This document shows, one piece after another, positions 46,838 to 58,181 of a stretch of 64,000 nucleotides of DNA. How positions within the stretch are numbered: position 1 is the first letter of the stretch; each line of letters begins with the position of its first letter. The stretch is from Fibrobacteria bacterium (GTDB taxonomy: Bacteria; Fibrobacterota; Fibrobacteria; UBA11236). The DNA is taken from assembly GCA_043745805.1 (NCBI GenBank), contig JAYTSD010000028.1, positions 44,399 through 108,398 on the forward strand, in the 5' to 3' direction. The position numbers and the translations under genes are program-made. The notes under the pieces were generated by a model. That model did not search any database, was not told the DNA's origin, and worked only from the letters and a program-made list of their open reading frames with translations.

Positions 46838-47127
46838 AAATAGTTTGGACGCATTTTGCCATTCAAAGAGTGGGTGAAATTGCTGAATATATAGCGCTGG
46901 ACAATGTTTCAGCGGCGGAAAAATGGGTTGATAAGATTTTCAAAAGGGTAGAAGATTTAAGTTCTTTTGGAAAAAGTGATCGTAAAGTATCAGAGACAAA
47001 CGATCAAAAACTAAGGGAAATTATATTCGGAAACTACCGCATAATTTACCGAATTCAAAAAGAGACAATTTTTATTCTTACCGTTCGAAATTTCAAACAG
47101 ATGTTGCCTATAGAAGATTTGATATAG
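46834..47127 (+). CDS. RelE/ParE-family toxin
   Basis: MKIVWT..A...IAEYIALDN and LREIIFGNYRIIY; ATGA overlap. Confidence 0.9.
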   Translation: MKIVWTHFAIQRVGEIAEYIALDNVSAAEKWVDKIFKRVEDLSSFGKSDRKVSETNDQKLREIIFGNYRIIYRIQKETIFILTVRNFKQMLPIEDLI

Positions 47128-47168
47128 AAATGGCATTTAATGCATGCTAAAGAATGCAAATTTTGAGG

Positions 47169-50100
47169 TTACGTTAATTCAAACAATAAATCGCCGGGTT
47201 GAACCTGTTCACCCTTATTAGCGAGTATGCGTTTGATAGTTCCGGCCTTAGGTGCAATAATCACATTCATCATTTTCATAGCTTCCGTAGTCATTAGCTT
47301 ATGGCCTGCTTCTACCTTTTCACCCACAGTTACATTGATTTCCACGGCTTTGCCAGACATTGGTGCAGAGATATGATTGACATTGTCGGGATCAGCTTTT
47401 TCTTTACTTAATACTTTGACGCCAGAGGATCTATCATTCACTACCGCATTGCGACGCCGACCATTCATTTCAAAAAAGATGACACGCGTGCCATCACTTT
47501 GTAATTCGCCTATGGCCAATAATTTTACGATAAGGGTTTTACCTTCTTGAATAGTAATAGCCTGTTCTTGACCTACTTTTAAGCCGTAAAAGAAGGTCGG
47601 GGTATCAAGTACCGATACATCACCAAACTCATCCTGAAAGCGACAATAATCCATAAATACTTGTGGGTAAAGCGCATAACTCATTAAATCTTCATCGGAA
47701 AAAGAACGCAAAAACTTGGCCTTCAAAGTTTTTTGGGCGGTTTCGAAATTATAATCTTCGAGTAATTCGCCGGGCCTACAAGTAATGGGCATTTCATCTT
47801 TTAAAACTGCAATTTGTAAATCTTTAGGAAAACCACCAGGAGGTTGACCCATCATACCTTTCATCAAGCTGATATACGAATCAGGAAATGCTAATTCTTT
47901 ACCGCGTGCAAGCACGCTGGCATAGTTCAAATTATTCTGCACCATAAATAAAGCCATATCACCTACGGCTTTAGATGAAGGAGTCACTTTGACTAAATCG
48001 CCGGACATATCGTTAACCGCGCGATACATATCTTTAACTTCTTCCCAACGATCACCAAGGCCCAAGCTAATGGCTTGCGAACGATAATTGGAATATTGTC
48101 CACCGGGTATTTCATGACGATATACATCAGCCGTACCGGCTTTTAATCCGCATTCAAAAGGAGCATAGGGTTCGCGAGCAATTTCCCAATATTCCGAAAG
48201 TCTTTGTATAGCTATGCCATCCACACCCGTATCACGCGCATTACCCTGCAAAGCAAATACTAAAGCATTAAGAGAGGGTTGTGAAGTCACACCCGACATG
48301 GAACTTAAAGCGGCATCGACAATATCTACGCCTGCTTTGGAAGCTTCTAATAAGGCGGCTATGCCATTGCCGCTGGTATCATGGGTATGCAAATGAATGG
48401 GAATCGAAACGGCATTTTTCAATTCAGTAATCAAAATACGTGCGGCTTCCGGTTTAATTAAACCGGCCATATCTTTAATGCCCAAAATATGGGTACCGGC
48501 TTTTTCTAATTCCTTGGCTAAGTTCACATAATAGGCGAGCGTGTATTTTAAACGTTTGCCATCGGTAATATCACCACTATAACAAATGGCGGCTTCGGCA
48601 ATTTTTCCGGTTTTTAAAACCGCTTCAATGGAAGGTTTAAGGCCTTCTATCCAATTAAGGCAATCGAAAATGCGAAAAACATCCACGCCATTGCGGGCTG
48701 AAAGTTCAATGCAACGATTCACCACATTATCCGGATAATTGGTATAGCCTACGGCATTACCGGAACGAAAGAGCATTTGCAATAAAGTGCCTGGCATTAG
48801 GCGACGTAGCTTGCGTAAACGCTCCCAAGGATCTTCATGTAAAAAACGCAAGGCTACATCAAAGGTTGCACCGCCCCATATTTCTTGTGAGAAAAAAGGG
48901 CTTGTCGCTTGGGCTGTAGCTTGTGCGATGCGGAATAAATCATCGCCCCGCATACGTGTTGCGATAAGCGATTGATGGGCATCGCGAAAAGTGGTGTCGG
49001 TTAAGAGTAAAGCTTTTTGATCCAGTACCCATTTGGCTAAAGCCTTGGGACCTTTTTCGGCAAATACCCGAAAGGCAGGAGAAAGCGGAGTAGTACCCGT
49101 AACTTGTGGAACCACTGGGACATTGAGCTTCAGCGGTTTTAAGCGTGGATCAATTTCTTTGGAACCATTGACGACAATATCCGATAAATAATTCAATACC
49201 TTATTGGCGCGGTCGAGACGCGGTTTGAAATCAAAAAGCTCGGGATGATTTTCAATAAAACCAGTATTGCAATCTCCACTTAAAAATACGGGATGCTTTA
49301 AAACATTTTCCAGAAAAGGAATATTGGTTTTTACGCCACGAATACGGAATTCGCGAATAGCTCTTAAAGCTTTTTTGGCAGCCTGATCAAAATCTAATGA
49401 CCAAGCGCAAACTTTAATCAGCAAAGAATCGTAATAAGGGGAAATAACTGCACCATCAAAACCTGAACCGGCATCCAAGCGAATGCCAAAGCCTTCGCCA
49501 GCGCGGAACGCCGTAATTTTCCCTAGATCGGGTGCAAAATTATTGGCGGGATCTTCGGTGGTTAAACGAAGTTGAATGCAGTAGCCACTTTTTTTGATGT
49601 GCTTTTGTGATTCAATGCGAATGAAATCATGGGCGAGAGGATAGCCTTCAGCTATGCGTATTTGACATTGGACGATATCGCGTCCAGTAATAACTTCAGT
49701 AATAGTATGTTCTACTTGAATGCGGGGATTTACTTCGATAAAATAATGCTGCCCTGCTTTATCGACTAAAAATTCCACGGTTCCGGCATTGAAGTATTTT
49801 ACTTCTTTACCGATTTTAAGCGCGTCTTCGTATAAGCTCTCACGCAATTTGCTGCTGAGATACAAAGAAGGTGCAATTTCTACAACCTTTTGATGACGAC
49901 GTTGAATAGAGCAATCGCGCTCGAACAAATGTACTAAATGGCCTTGTTGGTCTCCCAAAATTTGCACTTCAATATGCTTGGGGCCTTCCAAATAGCGTTC
50001 AATAAAAATCTTAGGATTGCCGAATGCGGCTTCCGCTTCAGCGCGGGAGCGAGTAATGGCATTTAATAATTCTCCACGATCATGCACTATAGTCATGCCG

Positions 50101-50621
50101 CGTCCACCGCCACCTAGGGCTGCTTTAATAATTAAGGGATAGCCAAATTCTTTGGCGAAGAGTAATGCGTCTTGTTCATTATCAATGGCCTCAGGTGTGC
50201 CAGGAATAATAGGCACGCCAGCTTTTTCAGCAATGGCGCGCGCTAGTACCTTATCTCCCAAAGCTTCTAAAGCATAAACCGATGGCCCAATGAAAACAAT
50301 ATTGTTTTCCGCGCAGGCCTTAGCAAATGCTGCATTCTCTGCTAAAAAACCATAGCCGGGATGAATGGCATCAACTTGTTTTTCTATTGCGAGTTTAATA
50401 ATCTCATCAATATTTAAATAAGCTTCCACCGGACTTTTACCTAAGCCAATGAGATATGCCTCATCCGCTTTGTACCGATGTAAATGCAATCGATCTTCTT
50501 GGGAATAAATAGCAACGGTACTTATTCCCAATTCCGTGCAAGCACGGAAAATTCGAATCGCGATTTCTCCGCGATTCGCCACCATAATCTTTTTAAAAGT
50601 TTTGGGAGCGAATTTATACAT
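47169..50621 (-). CDS. pyc: Pyruvate carboxylase
   Basis: Biotin carboxylase (ANRGEIAIR, HPGYGFLAEN), carboxyltransferase (RDAHQS, HLHTHDT) and biotin carrier (EAMKM) domains. Confidence 0.98.
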   Translation of the reverse strand: MYKFAPKTFKKIMVANRGEIAIRIFRACTELGISTVAIYSQEDRLHLHRYKADEAYLIGLGKSPVEAYLNIDEIIKLAIEKQVDAIHPGYGFLAENAAFAKACAENNIVFIGPSVYALEALGDKVLARAIAEKAGVPIIPGTPEAIDNEQDALLFAKEFGYPLIIKAALGGGGRGMTIVHDRGELLNAITRSRAEAEAAFGNPKIFIERYLEGPKHIEVQILGDQQGHLVHLFERDCSIQRRHQKVVEIAPSLYLSSKLRESLYEDALKIGKEVKYFNAGTVEFLVDKAGQHYFIEVNPRIQVEHTITEVITGRDIVQCQIRIAEGYPLAHDFIRIESQKHIKKSGYCIQLRLTTEDPANNFAPDLGKITAFRAGEGFGIRLDAGSGFDGAVISPYYDSLLIKVCAWSLDFDQAAKKALRAIREFRIRGVKTNIPFLENVLKHPVFLSGDCNTGFIENHPELFDFKPRLDRANKVLNYLSDIVVNGSKEIDPRLKPLKLNVPVVPQVTGTTPLSPAFRVFAEKGPKALAKWVLDQKALLLTDTTFRDAHQSLIATRMRGDDLFRIAQATAQATSPFFSQEIWGGATFDVALRFLHEDPWERLRKLRRLMPGTLLQMLFRSGNAVGYTNYPDNVVNRCIELSARNGVDVFRIFDCLNWIEGLKPSIEAVLKTGKIAEAAICYSGDITDGKRLKYTLAYYVNLAKELEKAGTHILGIKDMAGLIKPEAARILITELKNAVSIPIHLHTHDTSGNGIAALLEASKAGVDIVDAALSSMSGVTSQPSLNALVFALQGNARDTGVDGIAIQRLSEYWEIAREPYAPFECGLKAGTADVYRHEIPGGQYSNYRSQAISLGLGDRWEEVKDMYRAVNDMSGDLVKVTPSSKAVGDMALFMVQNNLNYASVLARGKELAFPDSYISLMKGMMGQPPGGFPKDLQIAVLKDEMPITCRPGELLEDYNFETAQKTLKAKFLRSFSDEDLMSYALYPQVFMDYCRFQDEFGDVSVLDTPTFFYGLKVGQEQAITIQEGKTLIVKLLAIGELQSDGTRVIFFEMNGRRRNAVVNDRSSGVKVLSKEKADPDNVNHISAPMSGKAVEINVTVGEKVEAGHKLMTTEAMKMMNVIIAPKAGTIKRILANKGEQVQPGDLLFELT

Positions 50622-50630
50622 AAATAAAAA

Positions 50631-51392
50631 TTATTTATGCGCCTTGGCTGGTTTTTCAGCTTTAGCAGGAGCAGCAGCAACAGCCGCTTTGATGGAAAGC
50701 AATTCCACTTCAAAAACTAAAGTAGAACTTGGTCCAATTTGTCCACCTGCACCGCGTTCGCCATAAGCTAAGTCGGAAGGAATAAACAATTTGAACTTGT
50801 CACCTTCATGCATTAACTGCAAGGCTTCGGTCCAACCTTTAATCACTCCGCCAACTGGGAAAGTAGCCGGTTGACCACGTTTGATGGAGCTATCGAATTC
50901 GGTACCATCAAGCAAAGTACCTACATAATTAACGGTAACGGTATCTTCAGCTTTAGGTGAATTTTTGCCAGTTCCGGTGGTGATAACTTTGTACTGTAAG
51001 CCACTTGCGGTGGTTTTTACATCGGCTTCTTTGACATTTTTAGCTAAGAAATCGACGCCAGCCTTTTTGTTATTTTCAGCTTTGGCTTTTTGAATAGAAT
51101 CTTGTTTAGCCATCATTTCTTGTTGGAATGCTTGCATAGTTGCTGTTACTTCACTATCGGATAAAAGGTGTTTGCCGCCGGCTTGTGCATCCAAAATGGC
51201 TTTGTGCAAAATATCCACATTGATATCAATGTTTTGTTGCTTAAAGCTTTTGCCGATATCAAGACCAATACTGTAGCTTACTTTTTCCTTCTGGGTAGTA
51301 AGCTTTGCCGGGATGTTTTTCGAGCTCTCTGCTTTATTGCAAGCACATAAGGCGATTGCACTTGGCAAAATGATTTTCCATAAACTTTTCAT
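50631..51392 (-). CDS. fkpA: FKBP-type peptidyl-prolyl isomerase (FkpA/Mip-like lipoprotein)
   Basis: SYSIG, TTASGLQY, FDSS..RGQP and VIKGWTEAL motifs; start 51392 with RBS; lipobox LCAC. Confidence 0.9.
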   Translation of the reverse strand: MKSLWKIILPSAIALCACNKAESSKNIPAKLTTQKEKVSYSIGLDIGKSFKQQNIDINVDILHKAILDAQAGGKHLLSDSEVTATMQAFQQEMMAKQDSIQKAKAENNKKAGVDFLAKNVKEADVKTTASGLQYKVITTGTGKNSPKAEDTVTVNYVGTLLDGTEFDSSIKRGQPATFPVGGVIKGWTEALQLMHEGDKFKLFIPSDLAYGERGAGGQIGPSSTLVFEVELLSIKAAVAAAPAKAEKPAKAHK

Positions 51393-51600
51393 AATTCTCC
51401 TATTTTTATTTTGTTTCTTGGTGCCATTCTTTTTTAAAAATCGAGGGCTGGCCAAATCGGGGAAAAAAGTAGCAAAAAAACTAAAGCGTTGTAGGCTATG
51501 TTGACCTTAGCGGCATGATAATTGACTTTTATTTTATATGGTGTTTAAGCCATCCACCTTGTTACAATGATATTAGCGATAAAGTTCATATGGAGGAGCT

Positions 51601-51924
51601 ATGCAAGGGGTTATGATAGGAAATGTGAGCATAGCCTTTCTTATTTTCGCATTACTTTGTATAGCGGTAATGCTTTGGTTACAAAGTCAAAATTTGGAAG
51701 CCAAATTGGAACAAAAGAAAATAGAACGTTCCAAAGAACGAAAGTTATGGCAATTATTTTTAAATGCTGATTTACGTAAATTTTGGTCAAAACAAGCTGG
51801 AGAGAAATCCCAATTTGCTTTACTTCGTCCTTCGGAATTCGACTTAGATGTAGCGCGTTTGCGCAAAGAAATTGATAAACTGGTAGGTAAAAATGTTTAT
51901 CACGGTCAAATCGAACAATTGTAA
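51601..51924 (+). CDS. Hypothetical protein with N-terminal TM
   Basis: GGAGGAG RBS; single TM followed by a helical region. Confidence 0.65.
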   Translation: MQGVMIGNVSIAFLIFALLCIAVMLWLQSQNLEAKLEQKKIERSKERKLWQLFLNADLRKFWSKQAGEKSQFALLRPSEFDLDVARLRKEIDKLVGKNVYHGQIEQL

Positions 51925-51940
51925 TTGAAATTACACAACA

Positions 51941-51972
51941 TTGTAGGGGCACAAAATGTTGTGACCCTACAA
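51941..51972. repeat. GTAG-type REP palindrome, copy 3 (two substitutions)
   Basis: TTGTAGGGGCACAAAATGTTGTGACCCTACAA between convergent genes. Confidence 0.8.
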
Positions 51973-51982
51973 AATTACCATG

Positions 51983-53932
51983 TTAACCTTTATTTTTTTC
52001 TTCTAAAAAAGCCCATCGTTCATAAAGCCCTTCAACTTCCGCTTGCAACTTTGAAAACTCTTGCGAGGCTTTTTGAATGCCTTGAAAGTCCCCATTAGCA
52101 GATATTTCATTTAAGGCTACTTCCGCAATGCGCATCGCTTCCTCGCGTAAGCCTATAAATTTTTCCATTCCGGAAAATTCATTTTTTTCCTGAAAGGTAA
52201 GTCCAAGCTTTTTCTTGGGGGTTTCTTGGCTTTCCGCTTTATCCACCTTCGCATTAGTTTTGGTATTTGCGGGTGCAGTGGGTTTAGAATTGGCTATTTG
52301 TAACTGCTTCTGGGTTTTTTGCCATTCCAAATAGTCGCTATAATTTCCCGGATGCAAACGCATTTTACCTTCGCCTTCAAAAACCAAAATGGAATTAGCG
52401 ACGCGATCGAGAAAATAACGATCATGGGTAACCAGCAAGATACAACCTGGATACTGCACCAAAGTTTCCTCTAAAACTTGCAAACTTTGAATATCTAAAT
52501 CATTAGTAGGTTCATCGAGCAAAAGTAGATTGGCGGGCGTTAATAAGGCCTGCGCAAGCTGCAAGCGATTTTGTTCACCACCGCTGAGTCGATCTACTCT
52601 TACATGTTGCAGGGATGGAGGGAAAAGGAAGTTTTCCAAAAAAGTACGCTTAGGCACTTTTTGTCCGCCAAAGTTTAAATATTCGGCTTCGCCTTCTAAG
52701 CTTTGCCATACCGTAATATCCGGATTTAAATCAGCGCGCTTTTGATCGAAATAGGCAATTTGGGTATTAATGCCCAATTTCACAGTACCAGCATCGGGTT
52801 CTACACGATTCAAAATCATTTTTAATAAAGTACTTTTGCCACAGCCATTAGGGCCTAAAATACCAATGCGATCACCTGGTAATAAATCCAACTCCAAATC
52901 CCGACAGAGCAATTGCGAGCCAAAACTTTTGCAAACTTTGTCTAAAGTTAAAATGGTTTTTCCTAATCTTTCACCCGGTCCAATATTCAAAGACAAAGCT
53001 TTATCGCGTGAAAATCCGGCTTGACCTTTAGCGTCTTCAAAGCGCTCAATACGCGCTTTAGCCTTAGTCCCACGAGCCTTGGGGCCGCGACGTATCCAAT
53101 CAATTTCATTGCGTAAAAAAGACAGTCGCTTGGCATCTTGTTTGGCGAGTGCAATTTCTAACTCCGCTTTTTTCTCTAAGTAACGGGTATAGTTTCCGGG
53201 ATAAGCTTGTACTTTACCCTGCCACAATTCCAAAATAAAATCGACTACGCGCTCCAGAAAATACCGATCATGGGTAATCACAATAAGGGTTCCGGGGAAT
53301 TGCAGCAATTGATCTTCTAACCAACGAATTGATTTTTCATCGAGATGATTTGTGGGTTCATCGAGAATTAGTAAATCGGGATTGCCGATTAAAGCTTGTA
53401 CCAATTGGATTTTTTTTAATTGGCCACCCGAAAGTTTCGGCTCTAAAATCCAATCTAAGTCAATCTCTAATTGACCTGCAAGGCTTAATGCATCTTGATA
53501 CAGTTCCCAACCGTGAAAAGAATCGATTTGTTTTTCTAAATCGCGTCGATGAGTTTGTGACTCTGGCGTGTTTTCATTTTTTAATTCATGATAATAAGCC
53601 GCAAGAATTTTTCCGAGTTGCCCTTGTGCGGAAAATAAATGTTCGATAACCGCAAGGCCATTTTGCATTTCACCCGGTTTAGATGGATTAGGTTTAACCA
53701 CCGCTTCTTGCGGTAAATAATGAATAATACAGTCTTTACGTCGTGTAAGTAAGCCGACATAGTCACTTTCCATGCCGGCGATTATTTTTAATAAAGTACT
53801 TTTGCCGGATCCATTTATACCGAGCAGAGCAAGCTTTTGGCCTTTATCTACACCAAAAGTAATTTGATCAAAGAGGATTTTATTTCCCCATGATTTATGG
53901 AGATTTTGAACAGTAAGAAGATTTTCAGCCAT
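51983..53932 (-). CDS. uup: ABC-F ATPase, Uup-like
   Basis: Two NBDs, linker RRGPKARGTK and a C-terminal coiled coil ending LYERWAFLEE. Confidence 0.85.
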   Translation of the reverse strand: MAENLLTVQNLHKSWGNKILFDQITFGVDKGQKLALLGINGSGKSTLLKIIAGMESDYVGLLTRRKDCIIHYLPQEAVVKPNPSKPGEMQNGLAVIEHLFSAQGQLGKILAAYYHELKNENTPESQTHRRDLEKQIDSFHGWELYQDALSLAGQLEIDLDWILEPKLSGGQLKKIQLVQALIGNPDLLILDEPTNHLDEKSIRWLEDQLLQFPGTLIVITHDRYFLERVVDFILELWQGKVQAYPGNYTRYLEKKAELEIALAKQDAKRLSFLRNEIDWIRRGPKARGTKAKARIERFEDAKGQAGFSRDKALSLNIGPGERLGKTILTLDKVCKSFGSQLLCRDLELDLLPGDRIGILGPNGCGKSTLLKMILNRVEPDAGTVKLGINTQIAYFDQKRADLNPDITVWQSLEGEAEYLNFGGQKVPKRTFLENFLFPPSLQHVRVDRLSGGEQNRLQLAQALLTPANLLLLDEPTNDLDIQSLQVLEETLVQYPGCILLVTHDRYFLDRVANSILVFEGEGKMRLHPGNYSDYLEWQKTQKQLQIANSKPTAPANTKTNAKVDKAESQETPKKKLGLTFQEKNEFSGMEKFIGLREEAMRIAEVALNEISANGDFQGIQKASQEFSKLQAEVEGLYERWAFLEEKNKG

Positions 53933-53949
53933 AGAATTATGAAGGAGAT

Positions 53950-55911
53950 TTACTCCTTCACCACTTTTTTAATAGCATATTTAGTCACAATATTGCCACC
54001 CGAAGAGCGGTTTTTGGCTTCGATAGAATCGAAATCAAAAGGCAATTCGGTTTTAATGCGCGGTTGCGGAACTAATAATATTTGCACTTTATTTTGACTC
54101 TTATTTCCTGTTTTAGGTTTATGCACTTCCAGATATAAAACTTTGGATTGCGTATTACCCTTGGTTAAATCATATTGCTTGTCGCGCGTGAACCCGCCAA
54201 TACTAAAGCGTTTAGCCATAGTCGGGCCACCGCGTCCATCACGATACAGCATATCAAATTCGGTCTTGTCATCATTGCGATCAAACTTGGCGGCGTAAAT
54301 AATTTTATTTCCTACATAAGTTTTTTCGCCCACTTTATTCACCGAAAAACTCCCATCTTCTTTGAAAGTAATGATTTCATCTAATCCGGAAAAATCGCCA
54401 GGGATTTGTTCACCATCTTTAATACTGGTGCCAATGAATCCGCCTTCGATGTCCATATACACTTTTAAATTGGAGAGAATTACATCCGCGGCGGAAATGG
54501 CAGTGAACGTTTTTAATTTGGTTTTGCGTTCGCGCCCTTTGCCATATTTCTCCAAAAGGGTTTCAAAATGTTTAATCGCATATTTGGTGAGTTGGCTAAG
54601 ATTTTTAACCGTTTCCTTAATGTCTTTATCTAAAGCCAACATTTCTTCATCGGCTTTAAAACCATCAAAACGGGAAATGCGTTTAATGCGAATTTCAGTT
54701 AAACGTGTAATATCTTCATCGGTCACTTCGCGAATAAACTGGGCTTTAAAAGGCTGCAAGCCTTTGCGAATGGTTTGAATAATAGCTTCCCACGTTTCGC
54801 ATTTTTCAATATTGCGATAAATACGTTCTTCAATAAATATTTTTTCTAAAGATTTAAAATGCCATTTCTCTTCTAAATTTTTCTTTTGGATTTCTAATTC
54901 GGTTTTGAGAAGTTGTACCGTATTCTCTACATTGAGACGTAACATATCGGATACGCCCATAAATACCGGTTTATCATTATGGATAATACAGCAATTGGGA
55001 GAAATAGACGACTCACAATCTGTAAAAGCAAATAATGCGGCTTCCGCCTTGTCTGCATCCGTTCCGTTAGGCAAGTGAATTGTGATTTCCACTTTGGCGG
55101 CAGTTTTATCTTCTATTTTTTTGATTTTGATTTTGCCTTTTTCATTGGCCGACACAATGGAATCGATTAAGGTTCCTGTGGTGGTTCCAAAAGGAATTTC
55201 TGTAATCACTAAAGTGCGTGGATCTACTTGAGTGATTTTCGCACGAACCTTTAATTTACTTCCCGTTTGCCCATCATTATAATTCGAGCAATCTACTGAA
55301 CCACCGGTAGGAAAGTCAGGGAAAAGTTTAAAACTTTCCTTTTTGAGTATAGCAATGCAGCCTTTGATTAATTCTTGAAAATTATGTGGCACAATTTTGG
55401 TGGAAAGGCCTACGGCAATACCTTCGGCACCTTGCGCCAAAAGTAAAGGGAATTTCATGGGCAATAATACAGGTTCGGAATTACGTCCATCATAGGATCG
55501 TTGCCATAATGTAGTCGCGGCATTGAAAGCCACGTCTAAAGCAAATTTACTTAGCTTCACTTCAATATACCGTGGTGCCGCCGCACTATCACCAGTTACC
55601 GGATCACCCCAGTTACCTTGGGTATCAAATAATAAATTCTTCTGTCCCAAATTCACCAAAGCTTCACCAATAGCCGCATCGCCATGCGGATGGTATTTCA
55701 TTGATTGACCAATAACATTGGCTACTTTATGGAAGCGTCCATCATCCATTTCCCACAAAGCATGTAAAATTCTTCTTTGTACGGGTTTTAAGCTATCGAA
55801 TAAATGGGGGACTGCACGATCGGTGATAACATAGGACGCATAATCGAGAAAATATTCTCGATACATATTTTGTACTTGCGGGGATGTTTCTACGGGTAAA
55901 TTAGTTTTCAT
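53950..55911 (-). CDS. parC: DNA topoisomerase IV subunit A
   Basis: LKPVQRRIL, YHPHGD and AAPRY (catalytic Tyr); short CTD without a canonical GyrA box. Confidence 0.88.
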   Translation of the reverse strand: MKTNLPVETSPQVQNMYREYFLDYASYVITDRAVPHLFDSLKPVQRRILHALWEMDDGRFHKVANVIGQSMKYHPHGDAAIGEALVNLGQKNLLFDTQGNWGDPVTGDSAAAPRYIEVKLSKFALDVAFNAATTLWQRSYDGRNSEPVLLPMKFPLLLAQGAEGIAVGLSTKIVPHNFQELIKGCIAILKKESFKLFPDFPTGGSVDCSNYNDGQTGSKLKVRAKITQVDPRTLVITEIPFGTTTGTLIDSIVSANEKGKIKIKKIEDKTAAKVEITIHLPNGTDADKAEAALFAFTDCESSISPNCCIIHNDKPVFMGVSDMLRLNVENTVQLLKTELEIQKKNLEEKWHFKSLEKIFIEERIYRNIEKCETWEAIIQTIRKGLQPFKAQFIREVTDEDITRLTEIRIKRISRFDGFKADEEMLALDKDIKETVKNLSQLTKYAIKHFETLLEKYGKGRERKTKLKTFTAISAADVILSNLKVYMDIEGGFIGTSIKDGEQIPGDFSGLDEIITFKEDGSFSVNKVGEKTYVGNKIIYAAKFDRNDDKTEFDMLYRDGRGGPTMAKRFSIGGFTRDKQYDLTKGNTQSKVLYLEVHKPKTGNKSQNKVQILLVPQPRIKTELPFDFDSIEAKNRSSGGNIVTKYAIKKVVKE

Positions 55912-55933
55912 AAAGGAACAGAGACTTTCTCAG

Positions 55934-57853
55934 TTAAATCAAACTCTCTTGAATGGTTTTGTTTTGAATGGTCGCAGCGACTTCTTCCACAATATCTTCT
56001 TCTATACGCAAATTATTCATAATAAAATCGCGACGCTCAGGAGTATTTTTACCCATATAATAATTGAGCAATTCATGTAATTTTGTATCACCATGCAATA
56101 CCACAGGCTCCAAACGAATTTCTTTGCCGATGAAAGCGCTGAATTCATCCGGTGAGATTTCACCCAAACCTTTAAAGCGAGTTATCTCCGCGTTACGTCC
56201 TAGTTTTTGCAAAGCCTTTTCCTTTTCAGCTTCGGAATAACAATAAATAGTTTCTTTTTTATTGCGCACACGAAACAAAGGCGTTTGTAAAATATGTACA
56301 TGGCCTTTTTGCACCAATTCAGGAAAAAATTGCAGGAAAAAAGTGAGCAGTAACAGACGAATATGCATACCATCCACATCGGCATCGGTAGCGACAATAA
56401 TTTGATTATACCGCAAATCTTCTAAGCTGTTTTCAATATTCAAAGCATGTTGCAGAAGATTAAATTCTTCATTTTCATACACCACTTTTTTGGTCATGCC
56501 ATAACAATTAAGCGGTTTACCTTTAAGTGAGAAAACCGCTTGAAAGCTTACATCGCGGGACTTGGTAATTGATCCCGAAGCCGAATCCCCTTCGGTAATA
56601 AAAATTTGCGAACGTTCTTTTTGCTTATGCGTGGTATTAAAATGCACATTGCAATCGCGTAATTTTTTGTTGTGTAAATTCGCCTTCTTTGCTCTCTCAT
56701 TCGCTAGCTTACGAATGCCTGCCATGTCTTTACGTTCTTTTTCATTTTGCTGAATCTTGGCTAACATCTCTTTAGCAGTAGCAGGATTCTTGTGCAAATA
56801 TTGCTCTAATTGGCGACGGACAAAATCGATAATCCAAATTTTTAAAGAATTGCCTTTATCATCATAGCTCGTAGAACCCAATTTGGTTTTGGTTTGCGAC
56901 TCAAAAACGGGTTCATGCATACGGATGGAAATTGCGCCGGTAATAGAAGAACGAATATCATTTGCGTCAAAATCTTTTTTGTAAAAATCTTTGCAAGCGC
57001 GGATAATACCTTCTTTAAAGGCCGAAAGATGAGTGCCGCCATCGGTGGTGAATTGTCCATTCACAAAAGAATAATAGCGTTCCCCATAAGAATTATCATG
57101 CGTCATCGCGGCTTCAATATCGCCTTCTTTTAAATGAATAATTGGATAGCGTATAGTATCATCGGTGTAACGGGTCAGTAAATCTAGCAAACCATTTTTG
57201 GACATATATTTCTGTCCATTGAATTGCAGAGTTAAGCCGGAATTTAAATACGCATAATACCAAAGCCGTTCTTCAATATATTCAGGCATCCATTTGAATT
57301 TGGGGAAAATTGTAGGATCGGGATGGAATAAAATTAGGGTGCCATTGGGTTCGTTGGAATCTTTTTCACGTTCTTGTGAAACGAGTACACCTTTGCGAAA
57401 GGTTGCACTTTTAGTGCGCCCTTCACGAAAACTTTGCACGGTAAAGCTTTCGGACAAAGCATTTACGGCCTTTGCGCCTACACCATTGAGGCCTACGGAT
57501 TTTTTAAAAGCATCGCCTTCGTATTTTCCACCGGTATTAATTTTAGAAACGCATTCAATCACTTTGCCAAGCGGTATGCCGCGGCCATAGTCACGCACGG
57601 AAATGGAATCTTCTTTAAGTTGAATATCCACTTGTTTGCCGCTGCCCATAATATACTCGTCGATAGCATTGTCGACAATTTCTTTAAAAAGCACATAAAT
57701 ACCGTCGTCGGGTGATGTTCCATTACCCAATTTGCCGATATACATCCCCGGACGTAGGCGAATATGCTCAATCCAATCGAGGGATTTGATACTACTTTCA
57801 TCATAAGTGCTTTTATCTGCAACTTTATTGGGCTTTTCCGCCGGTTTTGCCAT
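55934..57853 (-). CDS. parE: DNA topoisomerase IV subunit B
   Basis: [32 protein letters not shown] and RFKGLGE motifs. Confidence 0.9.
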   Translation of the reverse strand: MAKPAEKPNKVADKSTYDESSIKSLDWIEHIRLRPGMYIGKLGNGTSPDDGIYVLFKEIVDNAIDEYIMGSGKQVDIQLKEDSISVRDYGRGIPLGKVIECVSKINTGGKYEGDAFKKSVGLNGVGAKAVNALSESFTVQSFREGRTKSATFRKGVLVSQEREKDSNEPNGTLILFHPDPTIFPKFKWMPEYIEERLWYYAYLNSGLTLQFNGQKYMSKNGLLDLLTRYTDDTIRYPIIHLKEGDIEAAMTHDNSYGERYYSFVNGQFTTDGGTHLSAFKEGIIRACKDFYKKDFDANDIRSSITGAISIRMHEPVFESQTKTKLGSTSYDDKGNSLKIWIIDFVRRQLEQYLHKNPATAKEMLAKIQQNEKERKDMAGIRKLANERAKKANLHNKKLRDCNVHFNTTHKQKERSQIFITEGDSASGSITKSRDVSFQAVFSLKGKPLNCYGMTKKVVYENEEFNLLQHALNIENSLEDLRYNQIIVATDADVDGMHIRLLLLTFFLQFFPELVQKGHVHILQTPLFRVRNKKETIYCYSEAEKEKALQKLGRNAEITRFKGLGEISPDEFSAFIGKEIRLEPVVLHGDTKLHELLNYYMGKNTPERRDFIMNNLRIEEDIVEEVAATIQNKTIQESLI

Positions 57854-58181
57854 TCCAATTCCTTTTTGTACTGCTCAAATGGGTAGTAAACCCGGCAGTA
57901 AAATATTTTCACATGCTGAAGCCGTCAAATCAACTGCATTCACATGATTTTTTTGAAGTGCTGTAAGGATAAGAATTATCCTCTCCAATTCAAGCCGTGA
58001 TTCAATAGGGAAAGGCTTTCTGTTTTTTAAGGGTGATGATTTTTCATGTCAAAGCCCTAAAAACAAAGAAATTGCTGTAATGATTTCGATAAAATTATTT
58101 CAATTATTAGTTTGCTATGCCTCACTTTTCGGAGAGAATACATCCCACTAACTATATTTAAACCCATATTTTTTGAGGATT

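Noticed and set aside
53950-57853. gyrA/gyrB assignment
   Set aside because: The A subunit is short and lacks a canonical GyrA box, so topoisomerase IV fits better.
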